Below are positions 40,042 to 48,536 of a stretch of DNA of 57,248 bases, one piece after another. Below the pieces are notes generated by a model. That model did no database searches and was not told the origin of the DNA. It saw nothing but the letters and a program-made list of their open reading frames with translations. The position numbers and the translations under genes are program-made. Source of the stretch: a virus (lineage: Duplodnaviria > Caudoviricetes); IMG/VR virus record IMGVR_UViG_3300007276_000057, positions 1-57,248 of that record. One strand, given 5' to 3'. Numbering within the stretch: position 1 is the first letter of the stretch; each line of letters opens with the position of its first letter.

Positions 40042-40296
40042 ATGAAATATTATCAAATATTCGGCAGAAACAACTGCCCTTGGTGTGTAAAAGCAACAGA
40101 AGTGTTAGAAAACAATGAACTTGATTTTATGATGTGTGATATGGAAAAATCACCAGCATTATTACAACACTACAAAGACCTTTATAATATGAGAACTGTT
40201 CCAATTGTCTTGGAAGTGGATCTATTTGAAGACGAAGCCAAGGTAATTGGTGGCTGTAGTGAATTAATTGATTATTTAGGGAGCACAAATGATTAA
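40042..40296 (+). CDS. Glutaredoxin
   Basis: CPWC, TVP, IGG. Confidence 0.9.
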   Translation: MKYYQIFGRNNCPWCVKATEVLENNELDFMMCDMEKSPALLQHYKDLYNMRTVPIVLEVDLFEDEAKVIGGCSELIDYLGSTND

Positions 40297-40654
40297 AGTT
40301 GATAAACCATGGGGACATGAGATCCGCTGGGCGATGAATGATAAGTATCTTGGTAAGATTTTACATATCAATTCCGGCCAGAAATTATCAAGACAATACC
40401 ATGAAGTAAAAGACGAGACGATTTATGTTCTCCAGGGTATTCTTATCTTGGAACTTGGTATGGATAAGGAAAAAAACAATCAGCCTGAGAAGGTCAAAGT
40501 ATTGGAAACTGGAGAATCATATCGTGTCAAACCGGGCACAATTCATCGTTTCTGTGCCCCAACCGAGGGCTATGTTAGATTGATTGAAGTCTCCACACCG
40601 GAGATTGACGATGTTGTGAGACTGCATGATATGTATGGAAGGGATACAAAATAG
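40289..40654 (+). CDS. Cupin protein (mannose-6-phosphate isomerase C-terminal-like)
   Basis: KPWG, LSRQYH..KDE, PGTIHRF, EVST..DVVRL.D.YGR. Confidence 0.85.
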   Translation: MIKVDKPWGHEIRWAMNDKYLGKILHINSGQKLSRQYHEVKDETIYVLQGILILELGMDKEKNNQPEKVKVLETGESYRVKPGTIHRFCAPTEGYVRLIEVSTPEIDDVVRLHDMYGRDTK

Positions 40655-40699
40655 CATTAACTATCATTTGCGACCTAGTTACATTAGGAGGGCTCAAAA

Positions 40700-40762
40700 A
40701 TGGAAAAACGTGAATGCTGCGGGTGCAAAGCACCTTGTGAATGTGAATGCTGCTGTAAATAA
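40700..40762 (+). CDS. 20-aa metallothionein-like micropeptide (not in ORF track)
   Basis: MEKRECCGCKAPCECECCCK with AGGAGG RBS at 40686. Confidence 0.6.
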   Translation: MEKRECCGCKAPCECECCCK

Positions 40763-40767
40763 TTTAA

Positions 40768-41106
40768 GGGGGTTACATGGTTTCGACAGCGTAGAACTCG
40801 GAGGACGAGTGCAGGTAGGTAAGATACAACCTTAAAAGTTCAAACTTAATAATTGCAAACAATAATTTGTTTTTTGAAGAAGTAGCCTTAGCTGCTTAAT
40901 CAGGTGGTCGCTTCACACCATCTGTCCAAGTGAAGCAACACAACAGATAAGTTGTAAAAATCAAAAAACTTGGTGCAACAGGGTAGTAAGCATCATTTTA
41001 AAGCTGCCTATCTTTGTCGGAGTTGTGATAGGAAACCGACTAAGCCTGTAAATGACTCTAATCTTAGCTGCGTTGGACAGGGGTTCGATTCCCCTATCCT
41101 CCACCA
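40768..41106 (+). ncRNA. ssrA: tmRNA
   Basis: 5' GGGGGTTACATGGTTTCGAC; 3' T-arm GGGGTTCGATTCCCC and CCA; G3-U pair; tag ANNNLFFEEVALAA* at 40855-40899. Confidence 0.93.
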
Positions 41107-41134
41107 TTTAAGGAACAGAACTATTTAAATATAC

Positions 41135-41210
41135 GGGGGTGTAGCTCAGTTGGGAGAGCATCTGCCTTGCACGCAGAGGGTCGCAAGTTCGAATCTTGTC
41201 ACCTCCACCA
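41135..41210 (+). tRNA. tRNA-Ala(TGC)
   Basis: 76-nt cloverleaf; anticodon arm TCTGC-CTTGCAC-GCAGA; G3-U70; encoded CCA. Confidence 0.96.
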
Positions 41211-41257
41211 TTTAAATAACCACAATACTACTTAATGTAGGCTCAAAAGGGTGTAAT

Positions 41258-42226
41258 TTGTTAGAAAATATAAAAGCAAAAATAAAGCTAAATGGTGGTT
41301 TTGTGAATGCTCACTCTCACCTTGATAGAGCAAACACTGCAAATTCTTTCACAAGCAAAGAAAAATACATGTTTTTAAAAGAAAAGTGGCGACTGGTTGA
41401 TAAAATAAAGAAACAGTCCACTCAAGAAGACTATGAAAACAGGATTAATAAAGTAATGCGCGACCAAGTAGCCTTCGGGGTAAAACAGGTTTGCTCTTTT
41501 GTTGATATTGATACAATTGTTGGCTCTAAAGCCATTACTGCCGCTTATAATGTCGCTAATTATGATTGGTTAAAGGGACAAGCAAGTCTTTTAATAGCAA
41601 CTCAGACCCTAAAAGGAGTTCTTAGCCCAGAGCAAAACTCGCTCCTGTTATCCAACATTCATAAGGCAGATATAATTGGTTCGCTTCCTGGTGCTGATAA
41701 AGGCAGAGAAAGCGAGCATTTAGACTTTGTTATGAAGTTGGCGAAGGAGCATAATAAAAAATTACACGTTCATGTGGATCAATTGAACACAAACAGAGAA
41801 AAAGAGACTGAGTTGTTGGCGAGAAAGACTATCCAATGGGGCATGGAAAATAAAGTTACTGCGGTTCATAGCATATCGTTAGCATGTCATCCGAAATATT
41901 ACCGACAAGAGGTTTATAGTATGAGTCGTGACGCTGGCTTGTCGTTTGTGGCTTGCCCAAGTGCTTGGATAGACCACCCAAGACGAGAAGAATTAGCTCC
42001 GATTCACAATTCAATAACCCCAGTTGATGAATTGATAGAAAACAACTTAACTGTAGCGATCGGATCAGACAATATTCACGATGTATACAAGCCTTATTGT
42101 GACGGCGATATGATGTTTGAGTTAAGAATGTTGCTTGAGGCTTGCAAGATCTACGATGAAGACGAACTGGTTAAAATAGCAACAGTAAATGGTAGAAAAG
42201 TATTAGGAATGAAGCAACGTGACTGA
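41258..42226 (+). CDS. Amidohydrolase, cytosine-deaminase-like
   Basis: NAHSHLD, HVHVD, AVHSISL, IGSDNI.D. Confidence 0.85.
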   Translation: MLENIKAKIKLNGGFVNAHSHLDRANTANSFTSKEKYMFLKEKWRLVDKIKKQSTQEDYENRINKVMRDQVAFGVKQVCSFVDIDTIVGSKAITAAYNVANYDWLKGQASLLIATQTLKGVLSPEQNSLLLSNIHKADIIGSLPGADKGRESEHLDFVMKLAKEHNKKLHVHVDQLNTNREKETELLARKTIQWGMENKVTAVHSISLACHPKYYRQEVYSMSRDAGLSFVACPSAWIDHPRREELAPIHNSITPVDELIENNLTVAIGSDNIHDVYKPYCDGDMMFELRMLLEACKIYDEDELVKIATVNGRKVLGMKQRD

Positions 42227-42368
42227 GCAAGAAGAAAAACAAACAAAAGAGAGTATACAAGCTTATCAAAACATGATACAATACATGAAAGATCAGATTG
42301 AGATTCTCGAAAGACAAATGAATAAAGATAAAAACTTTACATATAAATTCAATATAACCAAGAAATAG
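42219..42368 (+). CDS. Small coiled-coil hypothetical protein (49 aa)
   Basis: GTG-start ORF filling the gap between two genes. Confidence 0.45.
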   Translation: MTEQEEKQTKESIQAYQNMIQYMKDQIEILERQMNKDKNFTYKFNITKK

Positions 42369-42376
42369 GAGATAGA

Positions 42377-43531
42377 ATGCTTAATTTATTATTATGCTCA
42401 ACACTTTGGGCATCACCAATTGGTGAATCGGAGACCTCTTATTCGGGGGCTACGATCTTGCAAGGCGACACAGATGTCACCTTTGATTACATTGCAAATA
42501 TGGATGATGAAGAAGACCCAAATGCCTATGCTTTCTTTGAGGGTAATACACTGTATTTGGGAAACTCTGACGATTACGGTAACTCTGTTGACGGGATTGT
42601 TGAGTTCTTTTGGTTTCAATCATCAATTGATAGAGGGACAGATTTCTATGTCGCTGTAATCAAAGCCAGAGCGACCCCTGGAGACTCTTGTCCTTGGTTT
42701 TTCGGCGGCACTGCTTGCGAACTTTGGGCTGATGATTGGCAGGACTTTGGAGAGCACCCTGTTCTTTCTGTTGAGGCTATAACAGATATCAATAGAGAAC
42801 AAGGAGCATTTCGTTGGGACTGGTCGGTTCCTTTTGAGAACTATGGTATCGATGCTTATGGACAAGTTACCTTCGCTAACCAATATGGTATTGGAGCAAA
42901 TGCTGAAGGTGCCGTTATGTCTCACGGAGAGATACCTTTGGATGAATCGGGAGCCACCAAGGCTGCTGGCGATGTTCAGGTTAAAGGTTTCATAAGCACG
43001 GACTACATGGTGCGAACCCAATACGAAGTAACTCTATATGAGTGGGATGTTTATGTAAATGGTCGCGCTGATCTTATGGCTTGGGACACCTATCTTAATT
43101 TGGGTGTGAGAGCAGATCAAGCAGCATATCATGAGTACTTTATGAGCATTCAGGTGGAGCAGGGACGAACTTTTGTTCTTGATGAGATAAATTTTCTTTC
43201 GCATTTTGACATTGGTAATATAAATCCATTTGCAAAGGAACTCGGACTTTCCCTACAGAACATTCAAATTGGAGCACCGTTTTGGGAACCAGAAGAAGAG
43301 GAAGAGGAGCCGATTGAAGTTGAACCAGCATCGGAGCCAGCCCAAGAAGAACAAGAAGAACATGATACAGGTGATACCCAACCAGAAGTTCCCGAAGATA
43401 CTGAACTACCTTCATTGTCTTCTGAAGGAACACCAGTGAAGTCTGCCTGCAACACGACTAACAAACCTATTGGGACATTCTCGGCTTTATTGCTTCTTAT
43501 GGCTTCTGTGCTTGTAAGAAGGAGAAGATAA
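42377..43531 (+). CDS. Exported surface protein with MYXO-CTERM-like sorting tail
   Basis: Signal peptide, acidic/Pro linker, SAC..TM..RRRR C-terminus. Confidence 0.7.
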   Translation: MLNLLLCSTLWASPIGESETSYSGATILQGDTDVTFDYIANMDDEEDPNAYAFFEGNTLYLGNSDDYGNSVDGIVEFFWFQSSIDRGTDFYVAVIKARATPGDSCPWFFGGTACELWADDWQDFGEHPVLSVEAITDINREQGAFRWDWSVPFENYGIDAYGQVTFANQYGIGANAEGAVMSHGEIPLDESGATKAAGDVQVKGFISTDYMVRTQYEVTLYEWDVYVNGRADLMAWDTYLNLGVRADQAAYHEYFMSIQVEQGRTFVLDEINFLSHFDIGNINPFAKELGLSLQNIQIGAPFWEPEEEEEEPIEVEPASEPAQEEQEEHDTGDTQPEVPEDTELPSLSSEGTPVKSACNTTNKPIGTFSALLLLMASVLVRRRR

Positions 43532-43532
43532 T

Positions 43533-43694
43533 ATGAATTTTTTAACATCAAGCAAACTTAGTTTGGTATGTGCAATTATTAATGTTATAATGGCTATAAC
43601 ATCACTATTAACAGGCCAGTGGTTTTGGTCCATATTTTGTTTGTTCTTGGCTGCTTTCTGTTACAATAATTATCAAATTGCGGAGGGGGAATGA
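43533..43694 (+). CDS. Two-TM small protein (53 aa)
   Basis: AAGGAG RBS; hydrophobic. Confidence 0.55.
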   Translation: MNFLTSSKLSLVCAIINVIMAITSLLTGQWFWSIFCLFLAAFCYNNYQIAEGE

Positions 43695-43849
43695 AGCCCG
43701 GAGATAAGATAAAGGTTAGAAATGTTAAAAACGAGAACTTTATAATTGCAACAGTCGTTAAGATCACGGAGGAAACTGTAATGTTCAAGCACCCTGCAAT
43801 TGGTGGCGTGTTTGGCGTTTCACGGGATTTAGTTGATCCAATAAAGTAA
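43691..43849 (+). CDS. Small KOW/SH3-like protein (52 aa)
   Basis: MKPGDKI; GGAGG RBS. Confidence 0.6.
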   Translation: MKPGDKIKVRNVKNENFIIATVVKITEETVMFKHPAIGGVFGVSRDLVDPIK

Positions 43850-43873
43850 AAAATATCCAATGATAAAACACTG

Positions 43874-43897
43874 AAAGACCCACTGCGGTCTTTTTTT
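43874..43897 (+). terminator. Rho-independent terminator
   Basis: AAAGACC/GGTCTTT stem plus T run. Confidence 0.65.
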
Positions 43898-43948
43898 ATT
43901 TCATTTCCTTCTTTTGTTATAACAATCTATAGTTATTAATAGGGGGGC

Positions 43949-44662
43949 TTGCTTATGTCTTATTTTTTATTGTTGTTATTTTCTTGCTTGATCACTTATG
44001 AGGGGGACGAAGATCGGACAGCCGTTACCTTTGAACAAGCCTCAACAGCAAAGTCTTTTTCCTCACAAACTCCATTAGAATCCAGTGGTCGAATTCTTGT
44101 CATGAAAGGTGAAACCATACTTGGACACGGATCAGGAAATTACTTTAAATCAGGAAAATATAAATTTCTCCTCACTGCGGCACATGTCGTTAACCACCCT
44201 TACGAGTCTCATATTGTTGACGGCGAAGAGTTGGTTAGGCTTATTCCAATACACTTGGATCTTGAAAGAGATCTCGCTATTCTTGTCCCAGTTAAAGAGT
44301 TAGTAGAAATCAGTTGCAAGTCGTTTAGAGTCAATCGAAGTAATGATTTGATTGGAAAAACTATGTACTATGCGGGTTTTCCGCAAGATCTAGGTCACTC
44401 TCTTTTCAAAGGATTTGTCTCAAGGGACTCTAAGCATAGAATGTTAATGCAGAGTTTCGCATTGCCTGGCTCTTCGGGGTCTGTTGTGTTTGATTTCTGG
44501 GGCAGAGCAATTGGTGTTCTTTCTGCTGTGTCCGTTGGAGTCTCCAGTGTTAATCCGTTTCCTGAATTGGTTGAGACTGCGGTTCATGTAATGAAAATTC
44601 AAGACTACAATCATCGCTTCATTAAGGAGTTGTTTAAAAATGCCCAAAGCGGAGTACTATAA
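43949..44662 (+). CDS. Trypsin-like serine protease, exported/lipoprotein
   Basis: LTAAHV, DLAIL, PGSSGS; N-terminal LLLLFSC. Confidence 0.85.
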   Translation: MLMSYFLLLLFSCLITYEGDEDRTAVTFEQASTAKSFSSQTPLESSGRILVMKGETILGHGSGNYFKSGKYKFLLTAAHVVNHPYESHIVDGEELVRLIPIHLDLERDLAILVPVKELVEISCKSFRVNRSNDLIGKTMYYAGFPQDLGHSLFKGFVSRDSKHRMLMQSFALPGSSGSVVFDFWGRAIGVLSAVSVGVSSVNPFPELVETAVHVMKIQDYNHRFIKELFKNAQSGVL

Positions 44663-44900
44663 TTTAGGAACTCTCATTTGGGATATGGGAAAGATTGGTG
44701 TGATTTGCCGAATGATCGAGACAGGCAAATTAAATACTTCAAATGCTATGGTGAATTGGCGATTCAATTATGAAATATACTATGTAGACGGGAGTATAAC
44801 AATAATGGGCCACGAAACACTTCAAAGATTAATAGCAAGTGGAGCGGTTCATTTGCTTGAAGAAGAGCATGTCTTGGAGGATCAGATAAATGAATTATAA
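44640..44900 (+). CDS. Small KOW/SH3-like protein
   Basis: YNLGTLI..IGVI. Confidence 0.55.
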   Translation: MPKAEYYNLGTLIWDMGKIGVICRMIETGKLNTSNAMVNWRFNYEIYYVDGSITIMGHETLQRLIASGAVHLLEEEHVLEDQINEL

Positions 44901-45078
44901 AAATGGCGAGTTAGTTCTTGTTAAGGAAGTGGGAAACACCGAAGTACACTCTTTGTGTATGGTGGTTAAGCCAGTTGGTGTGGCGGCTCTTATGCTGGAG
45001 AGTTATTTTATGGTTTATTCGATAACACATAAAGAAAAGTTTATCGTAACCACACATTTTATGAAGAAAATAGGTTGA
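44890..45078 (+). CDS. Small KOW/SH3-like protein
   Basis: YKNGELV; GGAGG RBS. Confidence 0.6.
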   Translation: MNYKNGELVLVKEVGNTEVHSLCMVVKPVGVAALMLESYFMVYSITHKEKFIVTTHFMKKIG

Positions 45079-45127
45079 CTTATAGGTATAGACGAGATAT
45101 ATTATGGAAGTTGATTGGAGAATCAAA

Positions 45128-45325
45128 ATGGAAATTGGCGATTTAGTTGAATTTGATGAGGAATTCTATTCCTATATGAAATCGGATAATGCTCTACGAA
45201 TCCAAAAGGTTGGAATTATCACAGAAGTCAAAGAAATGTTTTACTGTGTTACCTCTGGTGACATAACCGACCTCTGGGTAACAACCGCAGATATTAAAAA
45301 AATAAACCTTGACAATGTAGCATAA
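45128..45325 (+). CDS. Small KOW/SH3-like protein
   Basis: MEIGDLV..VGII; promoter TTGACT at 45075. Confidence 0.65.
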   Translation: MEIGDLVEFDEEFYSYMKSDNALRIQKVGIITEVKEMFYCVTSGDITDLWVTTADIKKINLDNVA

Positions 45326-45357
45326 TCAGTTATAATAATAATACCCTGGAGGTAATA

Positions 45358-45537
45358 ATGAAAAACGATAATGAAATTACAATTAAAATCAATGTTAGTG
45401 ATTCGCTTTTAACCAAGATAGCCAACATTATGTTGTTGACTTCCTCCCCCGCACCCGTGGGTGTAATGATGTCACAGATACCTGCGACCAAAGCGGCACC
45501 CGAAAAAGAAGCGACACCTATTGGATTTAAATCATGA
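45358..45537 (+). CDS. 59-aa protein ending PIGFKS (not in ORF track)
   Basis: Promoter TTGACA(45309)-16-TATAAT, GGAGG RBS, ATGA overlap with the next gene. Confidence 0.7.
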   Translation: MKNDNEITIKINVSDSLLTKIANIMLLTSSPAPVGVMMSQIPATKAAPEKEATPIGFKS

Positions 45538-45728
45538 AGCAGGGTGATCTCGTTCGCCACATGGCGACCAATAAAAAGTTTTATGTTGTTCTTTGCGAGA
45601 AGAAATACGACAATAATTACAAGCCACGGGTTCAAGTGGTTTCGGCTATCTCTACAAAAAAACATTGGTTTCTTGAAGAAGAATTGGAGGTTCTAAATGG
45701 GAATGACCAACAAAACAACTTTAAATGA
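45534..45728 (+). CDS. Small KOW/SH3-like protein
   Basis: MKQGDLV..WF.EEELEVL. Confidence 0.65.
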   Translation: MKQGDLVRHMATNKKFYVVLCEKKYDNNYKPRVQVVSAISTKKHWFLEEELEVLNGNDQQNNFK

Positions 45729-46017
45729 AAAGATCGTATGCTCCGATGGCTTTACGATGTCTGTTCAAGCAAATGAATATTCTTATTGTGAGCCACGATA
45801 TACTGGTGCCGAGCAATATGAAACAGTTGAAATAGGCTACCCCTCGCAGCGAGAAGAATTGCTTATGGAGTATGCTGAAACAAAAGCCGATCCGACTGAT
45901 ACAGTTTATGCTTATGTTCCAGCCGCTTTGGTTTATGCCGTCATAGTTAAACATGGGGGTATGGTATCTGGTGAATTACCAAATGGTATCCCCGGCTGCA
46001 TACCGGAGTTGTTATGA
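45697..46017 (+). CDS. Hypothetical phage protein
   Basis: CSDGFTMSVQA..YC.PR..VEIGYPS..HGG. Confidence 0.7.
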   Translation: MGMTNKTTLNEKIVCSDGFTMSVQANEYSYCEPRYTGAEQYETVEIGYPSQREELLMEYAETKADPTDTVYAYVPAALVYAVIVKHGGMVSGELPNGIPGCIPELL

Positions 46018-46220
46018 AAATAGGTGACTTGATTAGATGGGAAGAACTGAAGATGAAGCAGTACATACCCTATCGTGAAAAGCAAAGAGTAGGTGTGATT
46101 ACCAATATTAGTTTTAAAGGTGAGGATCAGTACCAAATCTATGTTACTTGTACAAATGGAAAAAAACATCAGGTATGCCCTGTCGATGATAGCGTTGAGG
46201 TGATAGATGAAAATAGGTGA
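46014..46220 (+). CDS. Small KOW/SH3-like protein
   Basis: MKIGDLI...EVIDENR. Confidence 0.7.
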   Translation: MKIGDLIRWEELKMKQYIPYREKQRVGVITNISFKGEDQYQIYVTCTNGKKHQVCPVDDSVEVIDENR

Positions 46221-46398
46221 TTTAGTTTATGTAAGTGATGAGGCTATCGTTCCGAGCGGTGCTACCCTACACGGGTTCCCCGCCTTGGTTGTCTCCATAC
46301 CCAATGAAGAAGATTTAATTGTTATGGCTGGAGGCACAAAGATCCTCGTAAGCCGCCAAGATTGCCGCATATACGGCGAGGAGGTCACCAATGGCTAA
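46207..46398 (+). CDS. Small KOW/SH3-like protein
   Basis: MKIGDLV. Confidence 0.7.
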   Translation: MKIGDLVYVSDEAIVPSGATLHGFPALVVSIPNEEDLIVMAGGTKILVSRQDCRIYGEEVTNG

Positions 46399-46675
46399 CA
46401 TATACTGGAACGAAGAGAAGGCACCTGAAACAGAGACGAGAGAGGCTCTAATGAAGGAGCTTGTAGAATGCACTGACGATGCCTTCGACATTAGATTCGG
46501 TGGTGATGGTGCCGGTAAACATGTCGCTGTATATGTTGAGGCTCCTTCAGACGGTCGTGACCCTTACCCTTGGAAGAAACGATTGCCTCCCAAGTTTATG
46601 GGGTGGAGAGTTGTAATAATCTTCTGCCCCCCTACCTATGTCAAAGAAATTCTCAACTGGGTACGAGGTGACTGA
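46391..46675 (+). CDS. Hypothetical protein
   Basis: GGAGG RBS. Confidence 0.65.
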   Translation: MANIYWNEEKAPETETREALMKELVECTDDAFDIRFGGDGAGKHVAVYVEAPSDGRDPYPWKKRLPPKFMGWRVVIIFCPPTYVKEILNWVRGD

Positions 46676-46676
46676 T

Positions 46677-46838
46677 ATGTACGATAGAACATACATTATC
46701 GTCAAAAGGCTTTTTGTGGAACTACATAGGGTCAAGTACAATCATGTTGATGAGGACGAGATATATAAAAAAACTGCTGCTATTCTTCAGCAATTGAAAG
46801 AATTAGAAACTATTTTAAAGATAAAGATTGAGGGGTGA
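46677..46838 (+). CDS. Hypothetical protein
   Basis: GAGG RBS. Confidence 0.5.
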   Translation: MYDRTYIIVKRLFVELHRVKYNHVDEDEIYKKTAAILQQLKELETILKIKIEG

Positions 46839-46841
46839 ACC

Positions 46842-47042
46842 ATGGGACAAAGAAGATTAAGGAATCCATTTAAAATTACAAAGACCATCGTGGAAAGGTT
46901 TGATACCCTTGACCGAGGGGATATAGGCTGCTACGGTATCCTACTACCCCACTCCCCTGCGGAGCCCATGATATACGAGAGCAAGCCTGTCGCAGATAAA
47001 GCTTATGCTTATCTCAAGAAAGTATGGAAATTGGATGATTAA
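46842..47042 (+). CDS. Hypothetical protein
   Basis: GAGGGG RBS. Confidence 0.55.
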   Translation: MGQRRLRNPFKITKTIVERFDTLDRGDIGCYGILLPHSPAEPMIYESKPVADKAYAYLKKVWKLDD

Positions 47043-47193
47043 CATTGGCGATTTAGTTTATGATAACTGCGATACACAAAAGACACTTGGTTTAGTTACC
47101 AAATCAATGCACGGGCGATGGCTCATACATTTTTTAAATGAACGAAAGGTTTGGCTTTTCGCGAGGGATATAACAAAGATATATGAACGATGA
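47035..47193 (+). CDS. Small KOW/SH3-like protein
   Basis: MINIGDLV..LGLV. Confidence 0.6.
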   Translation: MINIGDLVYDNCDTQKTLGLVTKSMHGRWLIHFLNERKVWLFARDITKIYER

Positions 47194-47452
47194 TGGAAAA
47201 ATAAGAGTAAAGTCTGGTCGCTGGGTGATACCGCAAGTTGCGAATATACATGGTGATGTAACAGACATTAAGATTGGGGACTTAGCAAAGGTTGCTGGTC
47301 GCTTGGCTCTTATTCTGGACATTAAAGAACATAAAGAAACATGGATAAAGAAAGTAAAATTGCGCTGGTTAAGCGAAGAACAAGACTATTGGATTAGTTT
47401 CAATACATTCACTGAATTATATGGAGGAAAAGCGAATGACCAAGAAAAATAA
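47183..47452 (+). CDS. KOW/SH3-like protein
   Basis: IKIGDLA..KLRW. Confidence 0.6.
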   Translation: MNDDGKIRVKSGRWVIPQVANIHGDVTDIKIGDLAKVAGRLALILDIKEHKETWIKKVKLRWLSEEQDYWISFNTFTELYGGKANDQEK

Positions 47453-47699
47453 ACAATTGAACCCTGGATACGAATGGGAGACACCGATGGATAATTTCAC
47501 AGCAATGGGTTTAGCAGAGGGTTTCATTGATGCAACCAGCGAAAACCAAATCATCGAAGCATGGCAGCACCTTGTTGATACTGGTGTTGTTTGGTCGCTT
47601 CAAGGTTGGTTTGGTAGAAATGCTAAGAGATTGATTGAGAACGGTGTTATACGACCCGGACCAAGAACAAAGAACAAAGCCAAGAATCAAAAGAAATAA
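47436..47699 (+). CDS. Hypothetical phage protein
   Basis: WQHLVDTGVVWSLQGWFGR; GGAGG RBS. Confidence 0.7.
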   Translation: MTKKNKQLNPGYEWETPMDNFTAMGLAEGFIDATSENQIIEAWQHLVDTGVVWSLQGWFGRNAKRLIENGVIRPGPRTKNKAKNQKK

Positions 47700-47766
47700 A
47701 CTTTTTTCTTGACAAATATCGACAACTGATTATATTACCTACGAACCACAGACAAATGGAGTCAAG

Positions 47767-47973
47767 ATGATTGAAGAAATACTTGATATAATCACTGAAC
47801 AGTTGCCTGACAATCTGGTAATGAGTTTTTTAGATTCATACGCAAAGATTTATGCACATAACCCTGATGAGCTTGGTAGCTATTCTTGGGCTGCAACTGA
47901 TACCCCAGAGGCCATTGCAAAGCTTTTAAAAGAAAACCCAGAATTGAGACCACCGGAATTTAAACAAAAATAA
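47767..47973 (+). CDS. Hypothetical protein
   Basis: Own promoter TTGACA(47709)-16-TATATT; GGAG RBS. Confidence 0.65.
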   Translation: MIEEILDIITEQLPDNLVMSFLDSYAKIYAHNPDELGSYSWAATDTPEAIAKLLKENPELRPPEFKQK

Positions 47974-48032
47974 CTTGACAAAAAACCACAACTGGTTAAA
48001 TTACATATGAACCTCAAACAACGGAGTCAAAA

Positions 48033-48302
48033 ATGATGAGGAACGACCAAGTAATTAGAGCATGGAACAACGGACAACGAGCCAGATCAGGTAGTATGAA
48101 AACAGACGGTAGGTCATTGTTTTCTTATCGCTTATGTATCGGCAAGACTGATTGTGAGGGCAACAAAGTCTTGTTTGACTGGACATCACCTGGTGGCGGT
48201 TATGTTAGCCAGACCACTTCAGTTCATGTAAACAAAGCGAAGCAGTTGTCCTCTGCTGCTATTATGCGACCCGATACAGCAAAGATTGCCGGTCTTGTAT
48301 GA
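48033..48302 (+). CDS. Hypothetical phage protein
   Basis: Promoter TTGACA at 47975; LFSY..SQTTSVH motif. Confidence 0.65.
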   Translation: MMRNDQVIRAWNNGQRARSGSMKTDGRSLFSYRLCIGKTDCEGNKVLFDWTSPGGGYVSQTTSVHVNKAKQLSSAAIMRPDTAKIAGLV

Positions 48303-48496
48303 AGGTCGGCGACCTCGTTAGAGTTGCCGGTGGAGCCGAATACGATGAAAGGCTATTGGGTATAGTAGTCAAGGTATTTCGCTACACCGGCATTCGCTCT
48401 GTGCGGGTCTTATTGATGTCTGGAGAAGAACACAATTATATACCACATGTTTTAACAGTTATTAACAAACCGGACAAAAAGTGTCCTCGACAATAA
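48299..48496 (+). CDS. Small KOW/SH3-like protein
   Basis: MKVGDLV..LGIV. Confidence 0.7.
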   Translation: MKVGDLVRVAGGAEYDERLLGIVVKVFRYTGIRSVRVLLMSGEEHNYIPHVLTVINKPDKKCPRQ

Positions 48497-48514
48497 AAGA
48501 AAATTGGTTATATT
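48472..48514 (+). promoter_or_regulatory. Palindrome-promoter cassette 1
   Basis: GGACA-AAAAG-TGTCC, TCGACA, 16 nt, TATATT. Confidence 0.85.
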
Positions 48515-48536
48515 ATAAGGGTAACAAGGAGAGAAC

